NCBI GenBank assembly: GCA_050011875.1 | Contig: JBEKIG010000007.1 | Span: 52,260 to 116,259 of the forward strand | Origin: Nitrososphaeria archaeon | GTDB taxonomy: Archaea > Thermoproteota > Nitrososphaeria > JACIWG01 | Direction: 5' to 3' | DNA length: 64,000 nt | Shown here: in pieces, positions 43,535 to 53,944 of the stretch | Layout of the letters: every line of letters begins with the position of its first letter | Position numbering within the stretch: the stretch's first letter is position 1 | Position numbers and translations under genes: made by a program | Notes under the pieces: model-generated | Database searches by the model: none | What the model saw: the letters and a program-made list of their open reading frames with translations, nothing else | What the model was told of the DNA's origin: nothing

Positions 43535-44305
43535 TCATCGACGCTTGAATTTCACAAAAACGACAATGGCAATCAATGATATTGCTAAGATAATTGCACC
43601 TATTCCAGCTGTTGTGACTATGCTCTGATTTCCGCTTTGCATTACGGAGATGCCGACTAGCGCCCAGATGATGACTAGTCCATATGCTACGTCTTTCCTT
43701 GTTGTTATGACGAGTAGAGCTATCAACATGGCGACGATTATGATTAGGATGGCCCATGTCTCTGGACTTATTCCGAATCCGTTCCATTTAATTGAAACCA
43801 GCGTGACAGATACGTTGGCAATAGATGCGATGGTGATCCAACCTAGGTAAACGCTGAAAGGCAGATTAACAGCCAGTTTTTCACGCATCGGAGACTTAGA
43901 TTTTCCAATGTTAAGACGCAGGTATATCGAAATCAGAGTTGACAATAGCAGGAACATGATAACAACGGACAGACTAAGAAACTCAAACTGCCAAAGGAAA
44001 AGCCATATAATATTTAATACACTGCTCAAGATAAACAGTGGGCCAATACTTTTTTGAAAGTTTTTCCCCCGCTCAGCTGGCAATGCTTGAAAGACTACAA
44101 AAACCCCTAACAGGATGTAAATGACGCCCCAGATAGAGAACACGTAGCCAGCAGGAGTTACTAGTGTTGGGTTCGCATCAGAAACTTGAGCCGTGTTTCT
44201 ACCACCCAGAATCGTGGTACTACCGGCTAAGTCGTTAACTAGCACAGTAAGCAAATAAGCAATGATGTTTAACCATCTCAAATAAGCTGGATTGGAAGTC
44301 TTCAT
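43535..44305 (-). CDS. TspO/MBR-related tryptophan-rich membrane protein
   Basis: TPAGYVFSIWGVIY, LNIIWLFLW and FSVYLGWITIA motifs; about 8 TM helices. Confidence 0.78.
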   Translation of the reverse strand: MKTSNPAYLRWLNIIAYLLTVLVNDLAGSTTILGGRNTAQVSDANPTLVTPAGYVFSIWGVIYILLGVFVVFQALPAERGKNFQKSIGPLFILSSVLNIIWLFLWQFEFLSLSVVIMFLLLSTLISIYLRLNIGKSKSPMREKLAVNLPFSVYLGWITIASIANVSVTLVSIKWNGFGISPETWAILIIIVAMLIALLVITTRKDVAYGLVIIWALVGISVMQSGNQSIVTTAGIGAIILAISLIAIVVFVKFKRR

Positions 44306-44491
44306 TTATATATTCGAAGAATTTCCTTCTATTTTAAGTATATAAATATGATTCCTTGATAGAGTACAGATTTATGGTATAAAATGTGAACATTCCATGT
44401 ATTACTGTATGGTGGTACACCTGACTCGCAACGGGAGGAAGAGCTACTTATATCCGATTTAGGCGTTAAACCCTAACCTATAATTCTACGG

Positions 44492-45643
44492 TTAATAGGC
44501 TGGATGTTGTGCTACAACTTCCTCGTTTAATTCCACGCCGAGGCCAGGTTTAGTCGGCGGTATGATGTAGCCATTCTCCCACCGTATAGGTTCCTTTAGA
44601 ATTTCGGTGTGAAATCCACCCAACGTTTCTATTCCTTCTTGAATTAAGAAGTTGGGGCTACAGGTATCAATTTGAATATTCGCGGCAGCTTCGATTGGGC
44701 CGGCGTATAGGTGCGGTGCAATCTGCGCATAATGTGCTTCCGCCATCCCAGCAATCTTCTTGGCTTCTAGGATCCCTCCAACTCGTCCAAGGGCCATCTG
44801 TAGAATCGATGCTGCTTGCTTCTCCAAGAGTTCAGCGAACTCATATTTAGTTGACAGCCTTTCACCGGTTGCTATAGGTATGCTTGTGGATCTGGCAACC
44901 CTAGACATTTCCTTAACGTTCTCTGGAGGAACAGGCTCCTCAAACCACAACGGGTCGTACTTCTCAAGCCTCTTAGCCAACCGGATTGCACCAGAGGTCG
45001 TCATCTGGCCATGGGTTCCGATCATTATATCACATTTTTCACCGACGGTCTCACGCACGCTTCTAACAATAGCTTCTACGTTCTGGAGGGTTTCGAATGA
45101 AGGTTGCTCAGGAGAAGATACTGCAGGCCCAAGCGGATCGAACTTAAGAGCGGTGAAGCCTTGCTTTACATATTCCATTGCCCTTTGTGCAAAACGCTCT
45201 AGGTCATCGAACAAACCTTCACCAGCTGCGTACGGGTAGATGTAAGTGTAAGACCTCAGCTTTTCATGGTATTTCCCCCCGAGTAGATTGTAGATAGGCT
45301 GATCCAAGGCTTTGCCTATAATATCCCAGCATGCCATCTCAAATGCGCTGATCACTCCCAACATGGTCAGATCAGGATGCTCCGTGTACATTCTAGTGTA
45401 TAGTTTCCGCCACAGACTTTCTATCTTGAAAGGATCAGAGCCAATAACATCGCTTATACCGACGTCTTTAATCAGATTCATCGTAGTTTGAGGGTTAAAC
45501 GGTACACTGTAGGCTTCGCCGAAGCCTACTATTCCGTTGCCCGTCACTAGTTTTACAAATACCCAGTTTAGTCCTCCATAATGTGGAGGAGGATTCTCAA
45601 CAGCATATGTCTGAACTTCTGTTATTCTCATGAATACGTACAC
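44492..45643 (-). CDS. Mandelate racemase/galactonate dehydratase-like enolase-superfamily protein
   Basis: EMACWDIIGK, KFDP, GTHGQ, WFEEP, ATGER and APH motifs. Confidence 0.92.
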   Translation of the reverse strand: MYVFMRITEVQTYAVENPPPHYGGLNWVFVKLVTGNGIVGFGEAYSVPFNPQTTMNLIKDVGISDVIGSDPFKIESLWRKLYTRMYTEHPDLTMLGVISAFEMACWDIIGKALDQPIYNLLGGKYHEKLRSYTYIYPYAAGEGLFDDLERFAQRAMEYVKQGFTALKFDPLGPAVSSPEQPSFETLQNVEAIVRSVRETVGEKCDIMIGTHGQMTTSGAIRLAKRLEKYDPLWFEEPVPPENVKEMSRVARSTSIPIATGERLSTKYEFAELLEKQAASILQMALGRVGGILEAKKIAGMAEAHYAQIAPHLYAGPIEAAANIQIDTCSPNFLIQEGIETLGGFHTEILKEPIRWENGYIIPPTKPGLGVELNEEVVAQHPAY

Positions 45644-45790
45644 TTGAGAATTGGCATATAAGTCTTTTTTTCTTTCTCTTGACCTTTTTTAGAATATGGA
45701 AGCCAATCTTTAAATGCGATGTGAACTTGTCTCACAAATCAGTTCCGTATTTAATAAATATTATATATGAGGGTTCTATGAGAGGAAAAC

Positions 45791-46969
45791 ATGAAAATAA
45801 CTGATGTGAAGACCTACATTGTTGGAGTTCCGCCACCTTATCGTGGCGGACGCAACTGGGTTTTTCTAAAACTTTCAACCGATGAGGGTATAGAAGGCTG
45901 GGGCGAGTGTAACGCATCATTCTTGAGACAATACACTCTAGTTCAGTTGATTCAAGAGCTTAGCGAAAAATATGTCATCGGACAGGATCCATTCGATATT
46001 GAAAGGATCTGGGAAGCGTTATATAAATCAACAAAAGAATATTCTGCTCACTTTTTCCAACATCCCGGAATCCTCACAGGTCAGGTCATAGCCGCCTACG
46101 AGATGGCTTGCTGGGACATCGTTGGGAAGGCGTTGAACCAACCAGTATACAGGTTGCTTGGTGGCAATAAAAATGAGAAGTTAAGAGCTTATACATATCT
46201 TTACGATTGGGCTGCTGGAGATCCACCAGAAAAGGCGGGACCTGCGGCCTTAAAGTTAGTAGAGAAGGGTTTTACACTCTTCAAGCTTGATCCTCTACCA
46301 CCTATTGCACCGCAGCCTAGGGAAATCTCTCTAAAGGAGCTGCGATACGCTGATGCTGTATTCAAGAATATTAGAAATGCGGTTGGTGACAACTGTGATA
46401 TAGGATGTGGCACTCATGGACAATACAATACTTATAGTGCAATTAAATTAGCAAAAATTCTGGAGAAGTACGACATATTATGGTTTGAGGAACCAGTTCC
46501 ACCAGAAAACATAGATGAGATGGCAAGGGTCGCTCAACATACAAATGTTCCCATCGCCACAGGCGAAAGGCTATCCACGAAGTGGGATTATCGTCTTCTA
46601 CTCGAAAAACAGGCTGCACAGATTATACAAGTCAATGTTGGCTTAAGCGGGATACTCGAGGCTAAGAAGATAGCAGGTATGGCTGAAGCATACTATACTC
46701 AGATAGCACCCTGGATGTTCTGTGGCCCTGTGGCCGCTGCAGCAAACATACAGCTCGATGTGACAGTTCCAAACTTCCTTGCACAAGAAGGCATCGAAAC
46801 CATGAGTGGCTTCCACGCAGAAATTGTTGAGGTTCCAATAAAAATTGAGAAAGGCTACATAATACCTTCAACCAAACCTGGATTGGGAATAGGCAAAGTC
46901 AAAGAGGAAGTATTAATTAAACACCCCTATCAACCTGAACAAAAACCTGCTGCCTCTGGTCGAAGTTAG
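45791..46969 (+). CDS. Mandelate racemase/galactonate dehydratase-like protein, divergently transcribed paralogue
   Basis: Same motifs as its neighbour but APW instead of APH. Confidence 0.92.
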   Translation: MKITDVKTYIVGVPPPYRGGRNWVFLKLSTDEGIEGWGECNASFLRQYTLVQLIQELSEKYVIGQDPFDIERIWEALYKSTKEYSAHFFQHPGILTGQVIAAYEMACWDIVGKALNQPVYRLLGGNKNEKLRAYTYLYDWAAGDPPEKAGPAALKLVEKGFTLFKLDPLPPIAPQPREISLKELRYADAVFKNIRNAVGDNCDIGCGTHGQYNTYSAIKLAKILEKYDILWFEEPVPPENIDEMARVAQHTNVPIATGERLSTKWDYRLLLEKQAAQIIQVNVGLSGILEAKKIAGMAEAYYTQIAPWMFCGPVAAAANIQLDVTVPNFLAQEGIETMSGFHAEIVEVPIKIEKGYIIPSTKPGLGIGKVKEEVLIKHPYQPEQKPAASGRS

Positions 46970-47027
46970 GTGCAGTGTGTAAAGGATAATATTTTTTTCT
47001 TTTTTAAGAAGTTGGTGGAATAGAGGT

Positions 47028-47354
47028 ATGAAGATAATTAATGAAAAGGATGTCGATGTCAATAAGGTACCTGGCGAAAAAGGCTTTATCAATTACCAGA
47101 ACCTTTTCAAGTCTGAAAAAATAGGGATAACATTAACTACGATAGAGCCTGACTCATTTGCGCCAAAGCCTGTTCACTCTCACAAAGAGAGACAATTTAA
47201 TTTCATAATTGAAGGTGAGGGCACCATGGTCTGCGGTGGCAGAGAGATTAATGTTAAGGTTGGTGAACTGATAATCTTTGACAGCTGGGAGGATCATAGC
47301 TTTAAGGCTATGGGCAGCAGGCTCAAGTCCGTTGAGATAAAACTATACGAATGA
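47028..47354 (+). CDS. Cupin domain protein
   Basis: HSHKERQ...EGEG...EDH motifs. Confidence 0.85.
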   Translation: MKIINEKDVDVNKVPGEKGFINYQNLFKSEKIGITLTTIEPDSFAPKPVHSHKERQFNFIIEGEGTMVCGGREINVKVGELIIFDSWEDHSFKAMGSRLKSVEIKLYE

Positions 47355-47600
47355 AGTATGATTACAAAGTTTTCAGAAAAGTACTTGCCCATGATTCTAG
47401 AATACGCGCGTTAAGTAATAAAACGCTAAATCAAACGACAAAGTAGATTCCATGTTTTGGACTTAAATATGAAAAATGGAAGGGTAGCGGAAAGAAGAGA
47501 TAGCCCCTTAATTTAGTAGCTTGAAGGTGTATGCAATCAATGACATTCTGTCTCCTATTCTGGAAAATTGTAGTCAGAATCGGATGGAATGACGTACATT

Positions 47601-49109
47601 TCAATTATCTAATAGCTTGGAAATTTCTAAAATCTTGTCGTATACCTTTCTCCATCTAACATAAAGACTGTCATATATTTTGACGTTTTCTTGAACGGGA
47701 TTAACTGATCTTGTTTTAACGCACACCTTCTCAGCTTCCAACAGATTAGAGTACTTTCCTCCTCCAACGGACGCGCAAAGCCCTACGCCTACAGTTGTAG
47801 AGTCCTTTGATTCAGGGACCATAACCGGCCTGCCAAGTATATCAGCTAATATTTGGCACCATATTTGACTCCTTGAATTCCCTCCACAGAATCCGAGTTT
47901 CTCGATTTTCTTCTTCGCTATATTTTCTATCTGAAGGCAGTTTGCTCTAATAGCGTAGCAGGTGCTCTCGATTACTGCCCTAGCAATTTCTGCCTTTTTA
48001 GTGGGTTCAGATGACCAAGTTTCAAGTCCTACAATCGCACCTTGTGGAAGAATCAATTTCTTTTGGTCCATTATTGTCGAGCCCAAGAATGCTAATACCT
48101 TCGAATGACCAACAGGTACGGCTTCGACTTCACGGTTCAAGAATTCATATGCATCTGTGCAAACAACCTTTGACGTCATCGTCTCAAGCTCGGCAAAGTT
48201 ATCTCTAAACCATCTGTAAGCCCAACCTGTGATTCCTGCATTGCTTTCTAAAAAGAACTTCCCTGAAATAACATGATTACCAAACCATGTCCGTCTTTTT
48301 CTGTCAATAATAGGGGCGTCGGTCACCATAAGGATAGGTGTTGTAGTTCCTCCTACGGCTACGGTGTCACCTATGTCGACCCCTCCAGAACCAAGGACAC
48401 CACATTGCGCATCAGCTCCTCCCATTATTACCAAAGTTCCTTTTGCTAGACCCGTTTCAAATGAAGCTTTTTGGCTAACTTTTCCTAGGATTTGGGAACT
48501 GTTGAGCACTTTTGGAAATATCTCTTCGGGTAACCCAATTTCGTTGATAACATTCCAGTTCCAGTCTCCTTTGAAAACATCGAATAAGCAAGAAGACCCA
48601 GCGTTAGAAGGTTCACAGGCATATTCCCCAGTCAATTTATATAGTATCCAATTGCTCGCCATGAGCATCTTGGAGACTTTATTGAATAAGTTTGGTTTGT
48701 ACTTCTTTAGCCATAGCAACTTTGGAGGAGGCATTAGAGGTGCTACTGGCCAATGCCCAGATCTTTGATAAATTTCCTCTCCAAATCTTTCTTGTAAATC
48801 CTTACCTATATCAAAGATTCTTTTGTCAGTTGAAAAGGGAATTTCTTCCCCTTCACTGTTGATAAGAACGATATCCTCCCTGAATGCGGTAGAGCTGACA
48901 GCTAAGATTTGGGATGGGTTTAAATGCGTCCTTTCTAAAACGTCCCGTATTGCACTTTTAAAGGCATCCCAGCCTGTCTTAGGATCCCAAGTCTTGCGAT
49001 TCCATTCTTTTATAGAATCTCCGATGATTCTTCCTTCTGTTGTCAGAACAGCGCACTTTGCACCACCTCCTCCTGCGTCAAGTGCAATCACAAAATTCTT
49101 GTCAGACAA
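47601..49109 (-). CDS. FGGY carbohydrate kinase (LsrK/YoaC-like)
   Basis: ALDAGGGG, STAFRE, GGADAQ, ESNAGITG and RWFRD motifs; TTG start at 49109 after AAGGAGTG. Confidence 0.88.
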   Translation of the reverse strand: MSDKNFVIALDAGGGGAKCAVLTTEGRIIGDSIKEWNRKTWDPKTGWDAFKSAIRDVLERTHLNPSQILAVSSTAFREDIVLINSEGEEIPFSTDKRIFDIGKDLQERFGEEIYQRSGHWPVAPLMPPPKLLWLKKYKPNLFNKVSKMLMASNWILYKLTGEYACEPSNAGSSCLFDVFKGDWNWNVINEIGLPEEIFPKVLNSSQILGKVSQKASFETGLAKGTLVIMGGADAQCGVLGSGGVDIGDTVAVGGTTTPILMVTDAPIIDRKRRTWFGNHVISGKFFLESNAGITGWAYRWFRDNFAELETMTSKVVCTDAYEFLNREVEAVPVGHSKVLAFLGSTIMDQKKLILPQGAIVGLETWSSEPTKKAEIARAVIESTCYAIRANCLQIENIAKKKIEKLGFCGGNSRSQIWCQILADILGRPVMVPESKDSTTVGVGLCASVGGGKYSNLLEAEKVCVKTRSVNPVQENVKIYDSLYVRWRKVYDKILEISKLLDN

Positions 49110-49196
49110 AACAAAACACTCCTTTGGTATAGTATAGTGAATCCTAAGGGATACTTCAATTTTATCTGAATACAATAGCTGTTTACGTTTATAAAC

Positions 49197-50759
49197 TTAG
49201 CTCCGTCCTTGAACAATCCTAAAAGTATCTAATTCATCCCATGTTTTTGACATTCTGCGTATTGACTCCTTAAATATTTTGTAAATTGATCTGTACTTTT
49301 GTACGTTCTCCGGATTCGGTATCGATTCGTAAGAAACTGAGGTGGCTTCTCTCACAGCAATTTCATGGTTTCTGTAGACTCCAGTGCAGATTCCAGCGAT
49401 CATTATAGCTCCCAATGCCCCCAACTCGCTACTACGTGGTACCTTAATCGGGAAATTCATTACATCTGAAAATATCTGGACCCAGATTCTGCTTCTACTT
49501 CCACCACCTCCGATCCTCGCTTCTTTTATAGTGACGACTTTCTCTAAATTTTCAATTTGTTTAAAAGACGAGAGAGCGACACCTTCATAAACAGCCCTCA
49601 GCAGGTGCTTCTGCGAATGCCTGCCATCTATTCCGTAGAAGCCTGCTCTTGCGTTAGGTGAATAATATGAGCCGTAGAGGAAAGGATGATATAAAACTCC
49701 TCCTGATCCAGCTGGAATAGACTCTATTTGTCTATCACAGTATGCATGTGTCGTCATGTTCATTTTCTCCGCTTCCAATCGATTTTGGCTTCCACATTGA
49801 TCAATGAACCAGTTTAGGTTTGTAACTCCTACTGATGAAGCGTTTGCGATTATCCATCGGCCTGGAATCCCAGTGACTCTGGTCCCACATTTCTTGTTTG
49901 GGTCCAGTATTAGTCTGTCAATTATCACTTCGTTTATTTGCAATGTGCCATTAATAACAAGCAATTGTCCGTGTTCGAAGCAGCCTGCACCGAGAGCGGT
50001 GGCGTCAGTATCATGAAGTCCGGATGCAACTGCTGTCCCTTCTTTTAGTCCGGTTTCACTTGAAGCTTTTGAGGTTATTTCCCCGCATTTGATCCATCCT
50101 GGCACAATTTGAGGAAGTTTTTCCTTACATTCCTCTAAGTCTAGAATTTCGAAGATTTTATCAGAATATCTTCTTGTTTTTACGTCAGTAAGGGTTGCGG
50201 CCGCGTCACTCTCATCGGTGCAAATAACGCCTGTAAGCTTGTATTTTATGTAATCCTTACAAAAAATGATCCATTTTGTCTTCGAATAGTTTTGAGGTTC
50301 GTTACGCTTCAGCCATGCCAAGATGCTGATCGGGTTACCCGAAGAAGCCTTCTGCCCAATTACTGGAAATATTGTATCATTCTTACCATTCTTCTCCCAT
50401 TCTCTTACGATGTCGACTGATCTAGTGTCAATAGACAAAATCCCCTTACGCACAGGTTGCCCTTCTTTATCCAAGAGATATAGGCCGTCACCCTGTCCTG
50501 TTACCCCTACACCGATAACCAAAGATGGATCTATCTTGGACTTGTTCAGGGACTGCCGGATCACATGCTTTGTGCAGTTCCACATCACATCCATGTCCCT
50601 TTCAACCCATCCAAGATAAGGTTGCTCAACGTCAAGCTTTATGGCCTCTACCACCACCTCCCTTCCTCGCGTATCACAAATAGCCGCTTTTATGTTGGTT
50701 GAGCCTATGTCGATTCCAATTAAATAGTCGTCCACTTTCGGGTTGTCGTCCATTTTCAA
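49197..50759 (-). CDS. FGGY carbohydrate kinase (L-xylulokinase-like)
   Basis: IDIGST, TGQGDGLY, FCKDYI, PFLYGS, RAVYEG and GGGSRS motifs. Confidence 0.9.
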   Translation of the reverse strand: MKMDDNPKVDDYLIGIDIGSTNIKAAICDTRGREVVVEAIKLDVEQPYLGWVERDMDVMWNCTKHVIRQSLNKSKIDPSLVIGVGVTGQGDGLYLLDKEGQPVRKGILSIDTRSVDIVREWEKNGKNDTIFPVIGQKASSGNPISILAWLKRNEPQNYSKTKWIIFCKDYIKYKLTGVICTDESDAAATLTDVKTRRYSDKIFEILDLEECKEKLPQIVPGWIKCGEITSKASSETGLKEGTAVASGLHDTDATALGAGCFEHGQLLVINGTLQINEVIIDRLILDPNKKCGTRVTGIPGRWIIANASSVGVTNLNWFIDQCGSQNRLEAEKMNMTTHAYCDRQIESIPAGSGGVLYHPFLYGSYYSPNARAGFYGIDGRHSQKHLLRAVYEGVALSSFKQIENLEKVVTIKEARIGGGGSRSRIWVQIFSDVMNFPIKVPRSSELGALGAIMIAGICTGVYRNHEIAVREATSVSYESIPNPENVQKYRSIYKIFKESIRRMSKTWDELDTFRIVQGRS

Positions 50760-50801
50760 TCTACTTTTTGTTAAGTTATCCGCAGATGCGTAAAATGGTG
50801 A

Positions 50802-51614
50802 TTACATACTGTGACTTAAGTAATCGAATCTTCCACCATCACAAAGTATTAGTTGACCTGTGATAAAATTTGATTCGTCTGAAGCTAGGAATAAAACTAA
50901 ATTAGCAATATCCTGAGGTTCACCATAACGTCTAAGCGAGGTGACACTTTTTATGTCCTCAAGAGCCTTATTGAATCCCTCTTGATTGTTCATACGCGTT
51001 TTCATGGTTTCAGTAATAATCATTCCAGGTGCTATAGCATTCACATTTATATTATGTGGGCCAAGAACATAAGATAATCTTTTAGTAAGAACATTAAGTG
51101 CAGCCTTAGAAGGCGCATAAGAGACGCTGTTTGAACTTATTTTTCCAGGTGTTCCTAAACTTGTAATTGAAGATATATTGATAATTTTACCGTACTTTCT
51201 TTCGATCATTTTTGGTGCCACTGCTTGGATACAGTAGTACGCACCATAGACATTGATTCCCATAGCATAATCCCAGTCTTCTTTTGTAGCTTCTAGGTAA
51301 CTAGGACTATTTACTGCGCTCCCTGCATTATTCACAAGTATATCTATTTTGCCAAATTCGTTAAATGCTCTATCTACCATTTTAAAGACTTCTTCTTTTT
51401 TTGAGACATCTGCTTTAACGACGATAGCTTTCCGTCCCATTTTTATGATTTTATCAAGAACTTCTCCTGCTTGATCTTTACTTTTAGAATAATTTACAAC
51501 TACACTTGCTCCCTCTTTAGCGAACGTAAGTGCGGTTGCTCTACCTATTCCACGCGAAGATCCTGTTATTAATACAACTTTATTCTCTAATCTCATATTA
51601 TTTACAATTTTCAA
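50802..51614 (-). CDS. Classical SDR oxidoreductase
   Basis: TGSSRGIG, VNNAG, YAPSK and FITGQ motifs. Confidence 0.92.
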   Translation of the reverse strand: MKIVNNMRLENKVVLITGSSRGIGRATALTFAKEGASVVVNYSKSKDQAGEVLDKIIKMGRKAIVVKADVSKKEEVFKMVDRAFNEFGKIDILVNNAGSAVNSPSYLEATKEDWDYAMGINVYGAYYCIQAVAPKMIERKYGKIINISSITSLGTPGKISSNSVSYAPSKAALNVLTKRLSYVLGPHNINVNAIAPGMIITETMKTRMNNQEGFNKALEDIKSVTSLRRYGEPQDIANLVLFLASDESNFITGQLILCDGGRFDYLSHSM

Positions 51615-52010
51615 TTCCTTATATTTAAAGTTCTCTAAGAACTAACATTCTCTTAATTCTGGTCGAATTGTATAACCTTTTTCTCTATCTCTCATTTAAT
51701 TTCATTTCCTTTATCTTATCTTTACCCTTTTCCACTTAGGTGAATGTTTCTGATATACTTAGTTCTCCGTTTGTAGTATCTGTAAAACTCTTTCCTATAC
51801 GTTCTAGTTTCGTGCTAGCTTTCTACAGCAAACTTTATAAATAATTGATATTTCAACTAAAATAATGAATATTATTTCTCATTTAAAAAATTTCCAAAAT
51901 AAGCTGTGCTTAGCTTGCTCATCGATGACACTTCTATCTAGTTGGGTAAACGATTCATTAACTTGCTATCTGTATGGCATGTCAGCTAAACTAGTGAGGA
52001 AAGATTAAAC

Positions 52011-53075
52011 TTGATGAAAATCACGGTTATCCCCGATAAATATCTGTCTGAAGATGAATGGAAAAAAGCGTTCATGGATAAGCTCGGAAACTTTTACAAC
52101 GAAGCTGACATCAGTTTCCAAGAATTGAAGGAAGAGTATGAAAGATGGCCTGAGAAACCAGAATATAAGAGGATAAAAGAATATACTGGAAATCCTTTAG
52201 AGGTTGCTAACTTGGCCAAGGACACAGAAATACTTGTCGTGCAGTTCTCTCCAGTTTCTAAAGAAGTTTTTGATACAGCAAAGAACTTAAAATTGGTCGC
52301 ATGTAATAGGTCAACACCTGTAAATATCGATGTACAAGCGGCAACGGACAAAAATATACCTGTAATTAACGCTCCTGGCAGAAACGCTGATTCGGTAGCA
52401 GACTTTACGATGGGCCTTCTTTTGGCTGAGATTAGACACATTGCAAGGTCTTTTGAAGCCGTACGCAATGGGACATACCCCTCTTGTACAGAAAATTGGC
52501 GAAAATCAATACCGGAACTAAGAGGGAAGGTAATAGGAATCGTAGGGTTCGGAAAAATTGGGAGTAAGGTTGCCGAAAGAGCTAAGGGATTTGGTATGAA
52601 AATTGTTGGATACGATCCCTTTGTTCCTGAAGAAACAATGAAGAACTTTGATACAGAAAAGGTGGATCTGAATACCCTACTACAAAGATCAGATTTTGTA
52701 ACAATTCACATGAGATTAACTCCACAGACCACTAATCTAATAGGAGAAAAGGAACTGGCCCTGATGAAGAAAACATCTTTTCTCATAAACACTTCAAGGG
52801 GGGAAGTCATAGATGAAAACGCACTATACAACGCCTTAGTTGAAAAGAAGATAGCAGGAGCTGCCCTAGATGTTTTTGTTCACGAACCCATGTACAAAGA
52901 TTCAAACAACAAATTCATTCATTTGAACAATATAACCTTTACACCTCATATGGCAGGCCCATCTGATGATATGTTCTACAGAGGCGCATGCATCCTACTA
53001 GAAGATATTGCAAGGTTCTTACGTGGTGAAAAAATGGAGAATGTACTAAATCCAGACATTTACCTTCATAAGTAA
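52011..53075 (+). CDS. D-isomer-specific 2-hydroxyacid dehydrogenase
   Basis: PGRNA, GFGKIG, INTSRG, LDVFVHEP and TPHMAG motifs. Confidence 0.92.
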   Translation: MMKITVIPDKYLSEDEWKKAFMDKLGNFYNEADISFQELKEEYERWPEKPEYKRIKEYTGNPLEVANLAKDTEILVVQFSPVSKEVFDTAKNLKLVACNRSTPVNIDVQAATDKNIPVINAPGRNADSVADFTMGLLLAEIRHIARSFEAVRNGTYPSCTENWRKSIPELRGKVIGIVGFGKIGSKVAERAKGFGMKIVGYDPFVPEETMKNFDTEKVDLNTLLQRSDFVTIHMRLTPQTTNLIGEKELALMKKTSFLINTSRGEVIDENALYNALVEKKIAGAALDVFVHEPMYKDSNNKFIHLNNITFTPHMAGPSDDMFYRGACILLEDIARFLRGEKMENVLNPDIYLHK

Positions 53076-53175
53076 GAAAACATTAAATAAAAGCCATCTG
53101 ATATTAGAGAATTCTTATCTTTTTATTATTATTTCACTGTATGCTTTGTCGATTTAAAATGCAGTAATCGAAATA

Positions 53176-53944
53176 CTAGGCTGTGGTTCTGTAGTAATAT
53201 GGTAGGAACCTCATAATAATGTAACAGAATAATAGTGGAGGAATTATCAGCAAGATGACCATAGCGCTGACTCGCCCCCATGGAACCATCATCCCTGAAG
53301 TTACAGCTGATGCCACAGCCACTGGCATAGTGAACGATCTGGAAGCTGTAAGAATATATGCCATGAAGAATTCGTTCCATACCAAGATAAAAGTGAAAGC
53401 AAGCATCGCAAGCACACTTGGAATAGCAAGAGGCAAGGCAACTTTATAAAAAACTTGGAAAGGATCACAGCCATCTACTGCGGCAGATTCTTCACAACTG
53501 ATAGGTACTGAGGTAAAGAACAATAAGCGCAGTTTGCGTATCATATAGGCCTGCTTCTAACCAGATAGCTAGAAAAGGAATAATGACTGCAACAGGAGGC
53601 AAAAATCTTACAGAAGCGACATAAAATTTCAAGTTTTCTCTTCCCCGAAAGTTTACTCGAGCAAAGATGTATGCCAAAGGGACACCGACCGCAAATCCTA
53701 TAATTAGTGCACCTCCAGTAACAATCACGCTGTTTTTTAAACCGGTAAGGAGCCGCCCTGTCGATAAAACATTTATAAAATTGCCTAGGGTCGGTATGAA
53801 GAAAAATTTGAGAGTAATAATATCCACATCCGATTTGAAAGAACAAAGTAGTATCCAAATAATAGGGAATAATATAACGATTAAAATTATTGCAATAATA
53901 ACGTTGATCGTCAAGTTTTTAATTTTCAAGTTCTTCTCACCCAT
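53176..53944 (-). pseudogene. Carbohydrate ABC permease (MalG-type), frameshifted
   Basis: Two overlapping ORFs; 50-nt deletion at about 53518/53519 relative to the 37559-38321 copy; overlaps the upstream permease. Confidence 0.88.
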
